Of a stretch of 20,000 bases of DNA, positions 8,164-17,100 are shown piece by piece. The stretch lies in the sequence record SRR31156797_2200. One strand, written 5' to 3'. How positions within the stretch are numbered: the first letter of the stretch is position 1; every line of letters starts with the position of its first letter. The notes under the pieces were generated by a model, which made no database searches, had not been told where the DNA came from, and worked only from the letters and a program-made list of their open reading frames with translations. Position numbers and translations under genes: made by a program.

Positions 8164-9756
8164 ATGCAGGTACCAAAAGCACAACCCGATGAAACCCTTT
8201 TTAGCCGTATTGTCCGCTATATCTCTTTATCTGGATTGCAGAAAGAGCGGTGTTTAAATACCTTAGTTGGTAATAGACGAGCAGTGATCCATCCTTACCT
8301 TACAGCAGATCTTGATTTGATTAGTAGATTCACAAATGAATCTGCTAATTATCTATGCAGGGAGCAAACGCTAAGACCTTTGTTTTCTCACTTTCTACCG
8401 AAATACAGAGAAATCATTAATGATTGTTCTATTGGTACTAATGAGCTTGTAAGGGCTTGTCAATTGTCCACATTTAGAGAACATGAACCATTAACATTAA
8501 AGTATTGCCCTGTATGTGCTGAAGAAGATATTTATAACGTAGGCGTGGCTTATTGGCATTGTTCTCATCAAATTCCTGGTGTGGATGCTTGCTCTGAACA
8601 CGGTGTTTGGTTGATACATCAAGAGTTGCACGAAAGAGAACATTTTAGATCTTATCTATTCCCGCCGACATGTGATGTAAAAGTGCAGTGTAGCGACTTA
8701 GCTTGGTCATTTGCTCAATACGCCGAAAGAAAATTTCGTTCGATCCAAGACAATGCATATCTTCAGTTTAAGCCAAGCGGGTATAAAAATCATTTATCTG
8801 ATAAAGGGTTTACAACGTTTACCGGTAGAATTAAACGTATAGAATTGATGGCAGCACTCTATTCTATCTCTGAAAAAATACTCTTACCTGATAACCCACT
8901 GCGTATCACTTCAGCACAAGACTTGAAATACATGTCGTCTTTGATTGATGGTACTTATCAAGTACACCCATTCAAACACTTGTTACTTGAATTTTTACTT
9001 ACTCAGACTCAGTTATCTGAAAATCCTGATGAGCATGTTTCTACATCTAGGTCCAAGGACGATGATGTTAAAGAGCTCGAAACTCGCTGCTGTGATTTGC
9101 TGCTTAATGGATACTCGATGGCACAGGTAGGGCGTGATATAGGTAAAAGTCGATGCTATGTTAAGGCGGTTGCACTCAGACATCATATCCCGGTAAACCT
9201 GAAGCCTTATAAAATAACTGATAGCTTAAAAGATAAAGTATCTAGACTCGCATATAAAGGGGTGCATCGCTCTACTATTGCTCTGCAACTTGGTATTTCT
9301 TCAGGTAGTGTAGAGGCGATTATCTCCTCTATTGAGGGCTTGGTTGAATGGCGAAAAAAATGCAAAGCGGACTCAAAAAGAAGGCGTTATCAGTGTCAAA
9401 TTTTACGATATTTTGAGAGTCACCCTAAGGGCATACGGAAAAATGCTAAAGAAGAATGTGAGGCAGCCTTTTTCTGGTTGTATTTGCATAATCCAGAGTG
9501 GTTGGAACAACACCTTCCTGTACCTCAAAAAACACAGCATGTAGACAGGGTTGATTGGGAAAAGAGAGATAATGAACTCTCTAAAAAAGTCTGTTCAATC
9601 ATAGAGTCTTGCGATCCACCGATCTGCAGGACAAAACTGGACAAGATACTGGGAGCACATGGTTGGCTGACATCAAAGCTGTTCAACCTACCTAAGACTA
9701 AGGAAGCCTTACAGCAGTATAAGCTATTCCCCAGCGACAAAAACTCACCTAATTAA
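8164..9756 (+). CDS. tnsD: TnsD/TniQ sequence-specific target selector
   Basis: TniQ N-terminus 'PDETLFSRIVR', zinc-finger 'LKYCPVCAEED...AYWHCSHQIPGVDACSEHG', and a long C-terminal DNA-binding region with HTH-like segments and 'RVDWEKRD'. At 530 aa it is TnsD-sized, longer than a CAST TniQ. Confidence 0.93.
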   Translation: MQVPKAQPDETLFSRIVRYISLSGLQKERCLNTLVGNRRAVIHPYLTADLDLISRFTNESANYLCREQTLRPLFSHFLPKYREIINDCSIGTNELVRACQLSTFREHEPLTLKYCPVCAEEDIYNVGVAYWHCSHQIPGVDACSEHGVWLIHQELHEREHFRSYLFPPTCDVKVQCSDLAWSFAQYAERKFRSIQDNAYLQFKPSGYKNHLSDKGFTTFTGRIKRIELMAALYSISEKILLPDNPLRITSAQDLKYMSSLIDGTYQVHPFKHLLLEFLLTQTQLSENPDEHVSTSRSKDDDVKELETRCCDLLLNGYSMAQVGRDIGKSRCYVKAVALRHHIPVNLKPYKITDSLKDKVSRLAYKGVHRSTIALQLGISSGSVEAIISSIEGLVEWRKKCKADSKRRRYQCQILRYFESHPKGIRKNAKEECEAAFFWLYLHNPEWLEQHLPVPQKTQHVDRVDWEKRDNELSKKVCSIIESCDPPICRTKLDKILGAHGWLTSKLFNLPKTKEALQQYKLFPSDKNSPN

Positions 9757-9870
9757 ATTCATATCCATCTAGTTGTAAGAGTGGAATAAAGTTCATATTA
9801 AACAGCCAAGTAACCCTGATCGAACCGTTTAAGATTAAACGAGACCAAAAATAAAGATTCATACTAATGG

Positions 9871-9915
9871 CTACTACCAAGTCACAGCTACTACCAAGTC
9901 CACTACTACCAAGTC
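9871..9915. repeat. Three tandem copies of CTACTACCAAGTC
   Basis: Exact 13-mers at 9871-9883, 9888-9900 and 9903-9915. Confidence 0.95.
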
Positions 9916-10175
9916 CAAAGTAACTGATTTTTGGACAAAACTTACTTAGATTTTTTACTTAATTTAGTAAAACACGAATTACTTTACGTAGGAGAAACTC
10001 CTTTTTCTCTGCCAAATTTGGCAGTCCACTATGACGATCTTCCGTCGGACTCTGGGTTGATTAGTACACTGAGGTATTCTCGATTACTTAGAAAATTCAA
10101 CCCGAGGTAGATCAGACAAAGAAGTAGCAAACTTACACATATAACGTGTCTTTCTTCATTGAGTTAATAGCCTTT

Positions 10176-10202
10176 TATGTAATCCAATAATTGGATTACA
10201 TA
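10176..10202. promoter_or_regulatory. Perfect 13-bp inverted repeat (operator-like or hairpin)
   Basis: TATGTAATCCAAT-A-ATTGGATTACATA. Confidence 0.55.
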
Positions 10203-10212
10203 CCTACACTTT

Positions 10213-10228
10213 ATGACAAAAAAGTCAT
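10213..10228 (+). promoter_or_regulatory. CusR/CopR-type response-regulator box upstream of the copper cluster
   Basis: ATGAC-AAAAAA-GTCAT(TTTT) resembles the E. coli CusR box AAAATGACAANNTTGTCATTTT and lies at the head of the copper genes. Confidence 0.65.
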
Positions 10229-10303
10229 TTTTCAGAAAGCATAATGTCAGTAGCAATAGTCCAAAATGTTAGTACTGAAAATCATAACTCTGAGGATAAA
10301 AAC

Positions 10304-10681
10304 ATGAACACAATCAAAACTGCTCTTGTTGTTTCTATAATGGCACTGACAACTGTACCTGTATTCGCACAACCGTTGTACATCGGTGGTAATTACATCA
10401 GCCGCGAAGACATGAAAACTGTCTCTGTTGCTCCAACGTCAACGTCAGATGAAGCCTATCGATTAGCATTATCTGAACTGCATCATCTAAAAACGATGTC
10501 AGCACAAGAACTAAATGATGAACTCCGTGTTCTAACTTTTAACGTGAATTCAAAAAGAACACATTTAGAGAATGCCGGTTTCGTAACAGTACAAGAGCGA
10601 ATGAATGAAAATGGTGAGCTGGAATACGTGGGTAAGGTTAATGTTAAAGTACATTATGTAGAGCGTGACAATAATCGATAG
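10304..10681 (+). CDS. Secreted DUF3316-like protein (start 10304 preferred over 10244)
   Basis: GAGGA RBS before ATG 10304; signal peptide MNTIKTALVVSIMALTTVPVFA; 'FVTVQERMNENGELEYVGKVNV' resembles Vibrio DUF3316 proteins. Confidence 0.7.
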   Translation: MNTIKTALVVSIMALTTVPVFAQPLYIGGNYISREDMKTVSVAPTSTSDEAYRLALSELHHLKTMSAQELNDELRVLTFNVNSKRTHLENAGFVTVQERMNENGELEYVGKVNVKVHYVERDNNR

Positions 10682-10822
10682 CAATAAATATTTTGTTGTA
10701 TTACTTAAAGCCAATAAGTAGAATCGCGTTTTAGTTTGCGGTAATTTAAATCGATTTTATTGGGACGTATATAGGATCGTATCGATTTACTTAATACTAT
10801 CATTCAAAAATAGATATAGAGT

Positions 10823-11218
10823 ATGCGCTTAAATTTCATTCCGACAACTTGGATCACTCTCTGGACATTAGCAGCTTTGCTTGTGTCTGGATTTGCATCA
10901 GGTTCAACAGTGATGAACAGCGCAAATTCGCACGACTTACAACAAATGGTTTCCTTAATGAGTTGTCAGGCACAGCAGATGTCATCTCATCATCAAACTA
11001 TTGAGGAAAAAGACACTGTAAGCACTAAAGGGCACTGTGAAGTCGTCTCTGATACAGCCCAAAGCTGCTGTGACACTACCTGCGTAGCCTCTGTGGCGAC
11101 TCTGGCCACACCTCATGTTTTAATCACTGTAAGTACCTCACTCGCTCTGGTCACATCACCAATCTCTGGTGATGTTATCCGTAAGACGCAAAGCCTCTAT
11201 CGACCTCCGATCGCTTAA
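10823..11218 (+). CDS. Exported Cys/His-rich leader protein with C-terminal RPP motif (DUF2946/CutF/CruR/CopL-like), upstream of cusC
   Basis: N-terminal hydrophobic signal/TM, Met/His-rich middle, 'HC...SCCDTTC', and C-terminus 'LYRPPIA*'. Confidence 0.7.
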   Translation: MRLNFIPTTWITLWTLAALLVSGFASGSTVMNSANSHDLQQMVSLMSCQAQQMSSHHQTIEEKDTVSTKGHCEVVSDTAQSCCDTTCVASVATLATPHVLITVSTSLALVTSPISGDVIRKTQSLYRPPIA

Positions 11219-11300
11219 TTCCATCTCAAATATTTAGGTTCCGTAAATTCATACGGAAAAGCTCTCGTGCGCGTCACGCGCTCTGTGATGGATTAAAAAA

Positions 11301-12665
11301 GTGAAATTTAAACAATGTCTTTTGGCGCTGTCTATCAGCGCTGCGGCATGGACGAGTGCGTCTGTATACGCTGGTGAGCAAAAGCCAGGTAACGCAGAGT
11401 CTATGGCCGCCAATCAGCTGTCTCAAATTATCGCGACAGCACTGACGAATGACGATTCTCGCCGTCAATTTTATGCACAGGCACGGGCCATGCGAGCAAC
11501 AGGGAAAGCCAGTTCTACCCAGCAAGATCCAAAGCTCAAATTTGGGGTATCAGGCCTGCCGGTAGACAGTTTCGCATTCGATGAAGATGCGATGACCAAT
11601 ATCTCTGCTGGTATCTCACAGCAATTTGGCCGTGGGGATACGCTTGAGTTAAACAGCGTTAAAGCCAACCAGCAAGCCAGTGGAATCGAATTAAAAGTGA
11701 CCGCCAGAGAGCTGGAAGTCATCAATGCGATCACAAAAGTTTGGCTGGAATTGGGTTATCAGCAGGTAGCACATAAGATTCTGTTAGAAAATAAACAACT
11801 GATGGAAGAGCTGGAAGCTTTCATTCAAACCAACTACTCCATCGGTAAAAGTGAAGCTCAGGATCTGATTAACGCCCAGCTTCAGGTCACTAAGCTTGAT
11901 GAAAAACTTCAGGCCAATGCACAGACACAACAAAGACTGACGGCTCAATTATCCGAGTGGCTTGGATCTGATTGGTTACTCAGTGCAAATCAGTTACAGG
12001 CTTCAAATACACTTGACTGGTCAGTTTTGCAGGCGTTGGAAAACACCGCGAGTAATGGCAACTACTACTCGCGACTTAACCAATACCCAACTGTTCGTAT
12101 GGTTGATGCTTCTATTGAAGCGAGCCGAACTCAGGTCGATATTGCAAAAGAGTCCTACTCTCCACAATTTGGTGTGGAAATGGCATATGGCTATCGTCAG
12201 GCCAACAACATGAAAGGTGAACCGGCATCGGATGTAGTCAGCGCCTTCATCACTATGGACATTCCTTTATTCACCGGAAACCGTCAGGACCAAAACTTAG
12301 CCGCGGCTCAATATCAGGTAGGCGCTGCTCAATCTCAAAAAGATACCTTACTCAAACAGCTCAATGCGAAGGTCAACTCGTTATTTGTTGATCAAAACAA
12401 CCTGTCACAACGCATTGAACGTTTTGAGTCAACACTGATTCCCCAGGCTATTTCTCAGGTGAAAGCCACTGAACGCGGTTATCAGAACAACACCGCACAA
12501 TTCAATGATGTGATCCTCGCCACCCGAGACGAACTCGCTCTAAAACTCGAATATCAACGCCTTATCACCGATTTAAATCTGACGAATAACAATCTGTCAG
12601 CGCTACTCAATAGCTACCAATATCAGGTAGATACGCCACAACTCGCTACATCGTCAGAGCAGTAA
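11301..12665 (+). CDS. cusC: TolC-family outer-membrane efflux channel of a heavy-metal RND system (CusC-like)
   Basis: Signal peptide; OEP-type helices ('DPKLKFG', 'SPQFGVEMAYGYR', 'ITMDIPLFTGNRQD'); first gene of the cusCBA operon; GTG start. Confidence 0.85.
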   Translation: MKFKQCLLALSISAAAWTSASVYAGEQKPGNAESMAANQLSQIIATALTNDDSRRQFYAQARAMRATGKASSTQQDPKLKFGVSGLPVDSFAFDEDAMTNISAGISQQFGRGDTLELNSVKANQQASGIELKVTARELEVINAITKVWLELGYQQVAHKILLENKQLMEELEAFIQTNYSIGKSEAQDLINAQLQVTKLDEKLQANAQTQQRLTAQLSEWLGSDWLLSANQLQASNTLDWSVLQALENTASNGNYYSRLNQYPTVRMVDASIEASRTQVDIAKESYSPQFGVEMAYGYRQANNMKGEPASDVVSAFITMDIPLFTGNRQDQNLAAAQYQVGAAQSQKDTLLKQLNAKVNSLFVDQNNLSQRIERFESTLIPQAISQVKATERGYQNNTAQFNDVILATRDELALKLEYQRLITDLNLTNNNLSALLNSYQYQVDTPQLATSSEQ

Positions 12666-12680
12666 TAACGAGGTCAACTA

Positions 12681-14153
12681 ATGAAAACTATTCACGTAAC
12701 AACCATTGCGCTCATTATTGGCGCGACACTGGGCTTTGGTGCGCAAACGATATTAACGCATTCGGCTTTGGGTAATGAGACAACCAGCAATACCGCAAGT
12801 AATGCGAAAGCCAACAATGAGCCTCTTTACTGGGTCGCACCCATGAACCCAAGTTACAAACGCGATAAGCCGGGTAAATCCCCAATGGGTATGGACTTAA
12901 TTCCCGTTTATGCCGAAGATGGCGCCGGAGAAAGTAAGCCAGGAACGGTCACAATCGATCCTTCTGTTGAAAATAATTTGGGTGTCAAAGTGGTACAGGC
13001 TCAGCTTACACCGCTGTCACCAAGCATCGACACTGTAGGTTACATTGCGTTCGATGAAAGTCGTTTATGGCAGATCAACGTCCGTGTTGCAGGATGGGTA
13101 GAAAAACTTAACGTCAACGCTATCGGCGATAAAGTGAATCAGGGTGATGTCTTGTTTACCCTTTACTCACCTGAACTGGTTAAGGCGCAGGAAGAACTTC
13201 TTAACGCTTACCGGACAGGTCGTAGCGGATTAATCAAAGGCGCAACCGAACGTCTCATCACATTGGGAGTAGACCGTCCACAAATCCAATCCATCGTAAA
13301 ACGTGGCAGAGCGTCTCAATCCATTGATATAAAAGCGAAAGCTGACGGCGTTGTTGCCAGTTTAAATGTTCGTGAGGGTGGTTATTTGTCACCGGCTCAA
13401 ACCGTGATAAGTGCGGGCTCGCTTGATAACGTGTGGGTTGATGCCCAAGTCTTTGAACGTCAGTCACAATGGGTTAAGACCGGCAGCCAAGCGAAAATGA
13501 CGCTGGATGCTCTTCCGGGTCAGGAGTGGGACGGTGAGATTGACTACGTCTATCCTATCTTAGATCCACAAACCCGAACTCTCAGACTGCGCCTTAAATT
13601 CCCCAACCCACAAGGCGAGCTGAAACCTAACATGTTTGCCAACATCACCTTACAGCCTGTCACCGATGAATCCGTACTGACCATACCAAAATCGGCGGTC
13701 ATTCGTTCAGGTGGCATGACGCGTGTTGTACTGTCTGAAGGTGAAGGTAAGTTCCGCTCTGCGCGTATCCGTATCGGGCGTGAAGCCGGAAATGAGGTCG
13801 AAGTTCTTGAAGGGCTGACCGATAAAAGTAACGTCGTATCCTCCGCTCAATTCCTGTTGGATTCAGAGTCCAGTCAATCTGCTGATTTATCGCGTATTGA
13901 TGGTGTTAGCACCAGTGAGAGCGTATGGGTTGAAGGCAATATCACCATGCTGATGGCCGATTTTGGCATGATTACCCTTCAGCACTTACCCGTATCCGAA
14001 TGGCACTGGGATGCAGGGGAAATGAATTTCAACGTTGGCCCCGACGTTGAGCTATCCGGTCTTCAGGAAGGTGACCGTGTCCGATTTCTAGTCGAAAAAG
14101 ACAAAGAAAACTTTTCTTTAAAAGACATTGAACATCTGGGAGGCGAACAATGA
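12681..14153 (+). CDS. cusB: CusB-like periplasmic adaptor with N-terminal Met-rich metal-binding motif and C-terminal CusF-like domain
   Basis: GAGG RBS; 'YWVAPMNPSYKRDKPGKSPMGMDLIPVY'; MFP core 'LYSPELVKAQEELL' and 'LKPNMFAN'; C-terminal 'ITLQHLPVSEWHWDAGEMNF...LQEGDRVRF'. Confidence 0.92.
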   Translation: MKTIHVTTIALIIGATLGFGAQTILTHSALGNETTSNTASNAKANNEPLYWVAPMNPSYKRDKPGKSPMGMDLIPVYAEDGAGESKPGTVTIDPSVENNLGVKVVQAQLTPLSPSIDTVGYIAFDESRLWQINVRVAGWVEKLNVNAIGDKVNQGDVLFTLYSPELVKAQEELLNAYRTGRSGLIKGATERLITLGVDRPQIQSIVKRGRASQSIDIKAKADGVVASLNVREGGYLSPAQTVISAGSLDNVWVDAQVFERQSQWVKTGSQAKMTLDALPGQEWDGEIDYVYPILDPQTRTLRLRLKFPNPQGELKPNMFANITLQPVTDESVLTIPKSAVIRSGGMTRVVLSEGEGKFRSARIRIGREAGNEVEVLEGLTDKSNVVSSAQFLLDSESSQSADLSRIDGVSTSESVWVEGNITMLMADFGMITLQHLPVSEWHWDAGEMNFNVGPDVELSGLQEGDRVRFLVEKDKENFSLKDIEHLGGEQ

Positions 14154-17100
14154 TCAACGCCATTATTCGCTGGTCCCTGAGCAATCGCCTTATCGTGTTA
14201 CTGGCAACAGTTGCTCTGGTCGCAGCGGGCCTGTTTAGTGTTAAGAATACCCCGGTCGACGCCATTCCGGATCTTTCCGATGTGCAGGTTATCATCAAAA
14301 CCAGCTATCCGGGACAGGCACCACAGGTAGTGGAAGATCAGGTTACGTACCCGCTCACGACAGCAATGTTGGCTGTACCCGGTGCGGAAACCGTTCGTGG
14401 TTACTCTTTCTTCGGCGACTCCTACGTCTATATCATTTTTAATGATAAAACCGATATGTACTGGGCTCGCTCCCGTGTGTTGGAGTATTTAAGTCAGGTT
14501 GCGCCTAAATTGCCTGAAAATGCCAAACCAACACTTGGGCCAGATGCGACCGGTGTCGGTTGGGTGTTCAGTTACGTATTGCAGGATAAAACCGGACAGC
14601 ATGACTTAGCGCAGTTGCGCAGTTTGCAGGATTGGTTCTTGAAATACGAACTGCAAACTGTCGATGGTGTATCAGAAGTGGCTACCGTTGGCGGCATGGT
14701 TAAGCAATATCAGATCCAGATTGATCCGGCAAAACTACGAGCCTATAACTTGACACTTCAACAAGTAAATATGGCGATTAAAAACGGTAACCAGGAGACA
14801 GGGGCATCCGTTATCGAGGTTGCTGAAGCGGAACATATGGTCCGTACTACCGGTTACCTGACCAGTATTGGGGACATCCAGGCGTTACCACTCAAAGTTA
14901 CGAAAGAAGGGACACCTCTGATGCTGGGTGATATCGCTGATATCTCAGTCGGCCCGCAAATGCGCCGTGGTATCTCCGAACTCAATGGTGAAGGTGAAGC
15001 TGTGGGTGGCGTTATTGTGATGCGCTTTGGCGAGAATGCGAGCAAGGTAATCAGTAATGTCAAAACCAAACTGGAGGAGTTGAAACTCGGCCTGCCAGAA
15101 GGTGTTGAGATTGTTCCGACTTATGACCGTTCAACCCTGATTAATGCAGCCGTTGATAACCTTTGGAAAAAACTGGCGGAAGAGTTCATTGTTGTGGCGA
15201 TTGTCTGCGCACTGTTCCTGTTCCACATTCGTTCATCTTTAGTTATCGCGCTGAGCCTGCCTGTCGGTATCCTGTCTGCATTTATTGTTATGCACTGGCA
15301 GGGTATCAATGCGAATATCATGTCACTGGGTGGTATTGCCATTGCTATTGGTGCGATGGTGGATGGTGCCATCGTAATGATAGAAAATGTGCACAAACAC
15401 ATAGAACGAACACCGCTCACCGATAAGAACCGCTGGCAAATCATTGGGGATGCGGCTCAGGAGGTGGGTCCTCCACTATTCTTCTCACTGCTTATTATTA
15501 CGTTGAGCTTTGTGCCAGTGTTTGCACTCGAAGGACAGGAAGGCAAAATGTTCTCACCTCTCGCTTTCACGAAATCCTATGCGATGGCGGCATCGGCGGG
15601 CCTGGCGGTGACATTAGTCCCTGTATTAATGGGCTATTTTATCCGTGGTAAAATTCTCCCTGAACATAAAAATCCGGTAAACAGAATACTGGTTGGACTG
15701 TATCGTCCGCTGCTTAACATTAGCCTTAATTATCCAAAATCGATGATAGTCATCGCCATTGCCCTGATGGCGTCCGCTTACTATCCAACCAGCAAACTTG
15801 GCAGTGAATTCATCCCTCCTCTGGATGAAGGCGATTTGATGTATATGCCAACCACTTTCCCTGGTATTTCCGTTGGTAAAGCCCGTGAATTATTGCAACA
15901 AATGGACAAGCTGATAAAAACCGTTCCGGAAGTAAAATCGGTGTGGGGTAAAGTTGGCCGTGCCGATACTGCAACTGACCCAGCGCCACTGACGATGATC
16001 GAAACGGTTATTCAACTGAAACCTCACGAAGAATGGCGGGAAGGAGTCACAACAGAATCTCTGCGTAAAGAATTCAATAGATTGCTCCAGTTCCCCGGTG
16101 TCACCAATGCCTTGGTAATGCCGATTAAAACCCGTATAGACATGCTCTCTACCGGGATCAAAACGCCTATTGGCATTAAAATTGTCGGTCCGGAGCTAAA
16201 AACGATTGAACGTATTGGCTCTAAGCTTGAACCTATCTTAAATGGTGTAAGAGGTACCGCTTCCGTGTATGCAGAACGTGTTGCCGGTGGACGCTACGTT
16301 ACTGTGGATATCAAACGTCGCGCCGCTGCACGCTACGGTTTGAGTATCAAAGATGTTCAACAGGTGGTATCAACGGCTGTTGGCGGAATGAATGTGGGTG
16401 AAACCATTGAAGGGCTTGAGCGTTATCCTATCAATGTTCGATATCCACAAGACTACCGCGACTCGGTCGATAAACTGCAAAACTTAACATTAGTCACTCA
16501 AAACGGTGCCCGAATTGCGTTGGCAGATGTCGCAGATGTTCGCTATGAAGACGGTCCTCCTGTGATTAAAACCGAAAATGCCCGCCCGAATGGCTGGGTA
16601 TTTGTCGACATTGAAGACCGTGACCTAGGCTCTTACGTCAGTGAGGCTCAAAAACGTGTGGCGGACGAGCTGAAACTCCCATCAGGGTATTCACTTGCCT
16701 GGTCTGGTCAGTATGAATATATGGAACGTGCTAAACAGCGCCTCAGCATTGTTATTCCAATTACCCTCACCATTATTACGCTACTGCTGTTTTTCAGCTT
16801 CGGTCGTGTTGGAGAAGTACTGATCATAATGACCACTCTGCCACTCGCTATGGTTGGTGGTTTATGGCTCATGTACGCTCTCAATTACAACATGTCTATC
16901 GCTGTAGGGGTCGGCTTTATCGCTCTGTCAGGTGTGGCCGTTGAAATTGGAGTCATCATGCTGGTTTACCTGAATCAGGCCTGGCACTTCACCAAGCTTA
17001 AAGCTCAGGATAAAAAAGTGCCCTTACTGCCTGATGACCTGAACAACGCCATTCGCGAAGGTGCCGGACTGCGTGTCCGCCCGGTAATGATGACTGTCAT

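Noticed and set aside
4157-9740. Short alternative-frame and antisense ORFs inside the tns genes (e.g. 4157-4357, 4886-5083, 4953-5165, 5182-5370, 6542-6733, 8945-9130, 9332-9544, 9525-9740)
   Set aside because: They lie within well-supported genes and have no motifs; expected shadow ORFs.
9871-9915. Possible CRISPR mini-array, making the element a CAST
   Set aside because: Repeats are 13 bp with 2-4 bp gaps and no spacers; no cas genes are present and TnsD is full length.
10050-10106. Integron attC site
   Set aside because: The GTT and AAC core motifs are in the wrong order for attC (RYYYAAC ... GTTRRRY), and there is no cassette organisation.
10244-10303. N-terminal extension of the DUF3316-like ORF
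   Set aside because: It overlaps the likely promoter; ATG 10304 has the RBS and begins a proper signal peptide.
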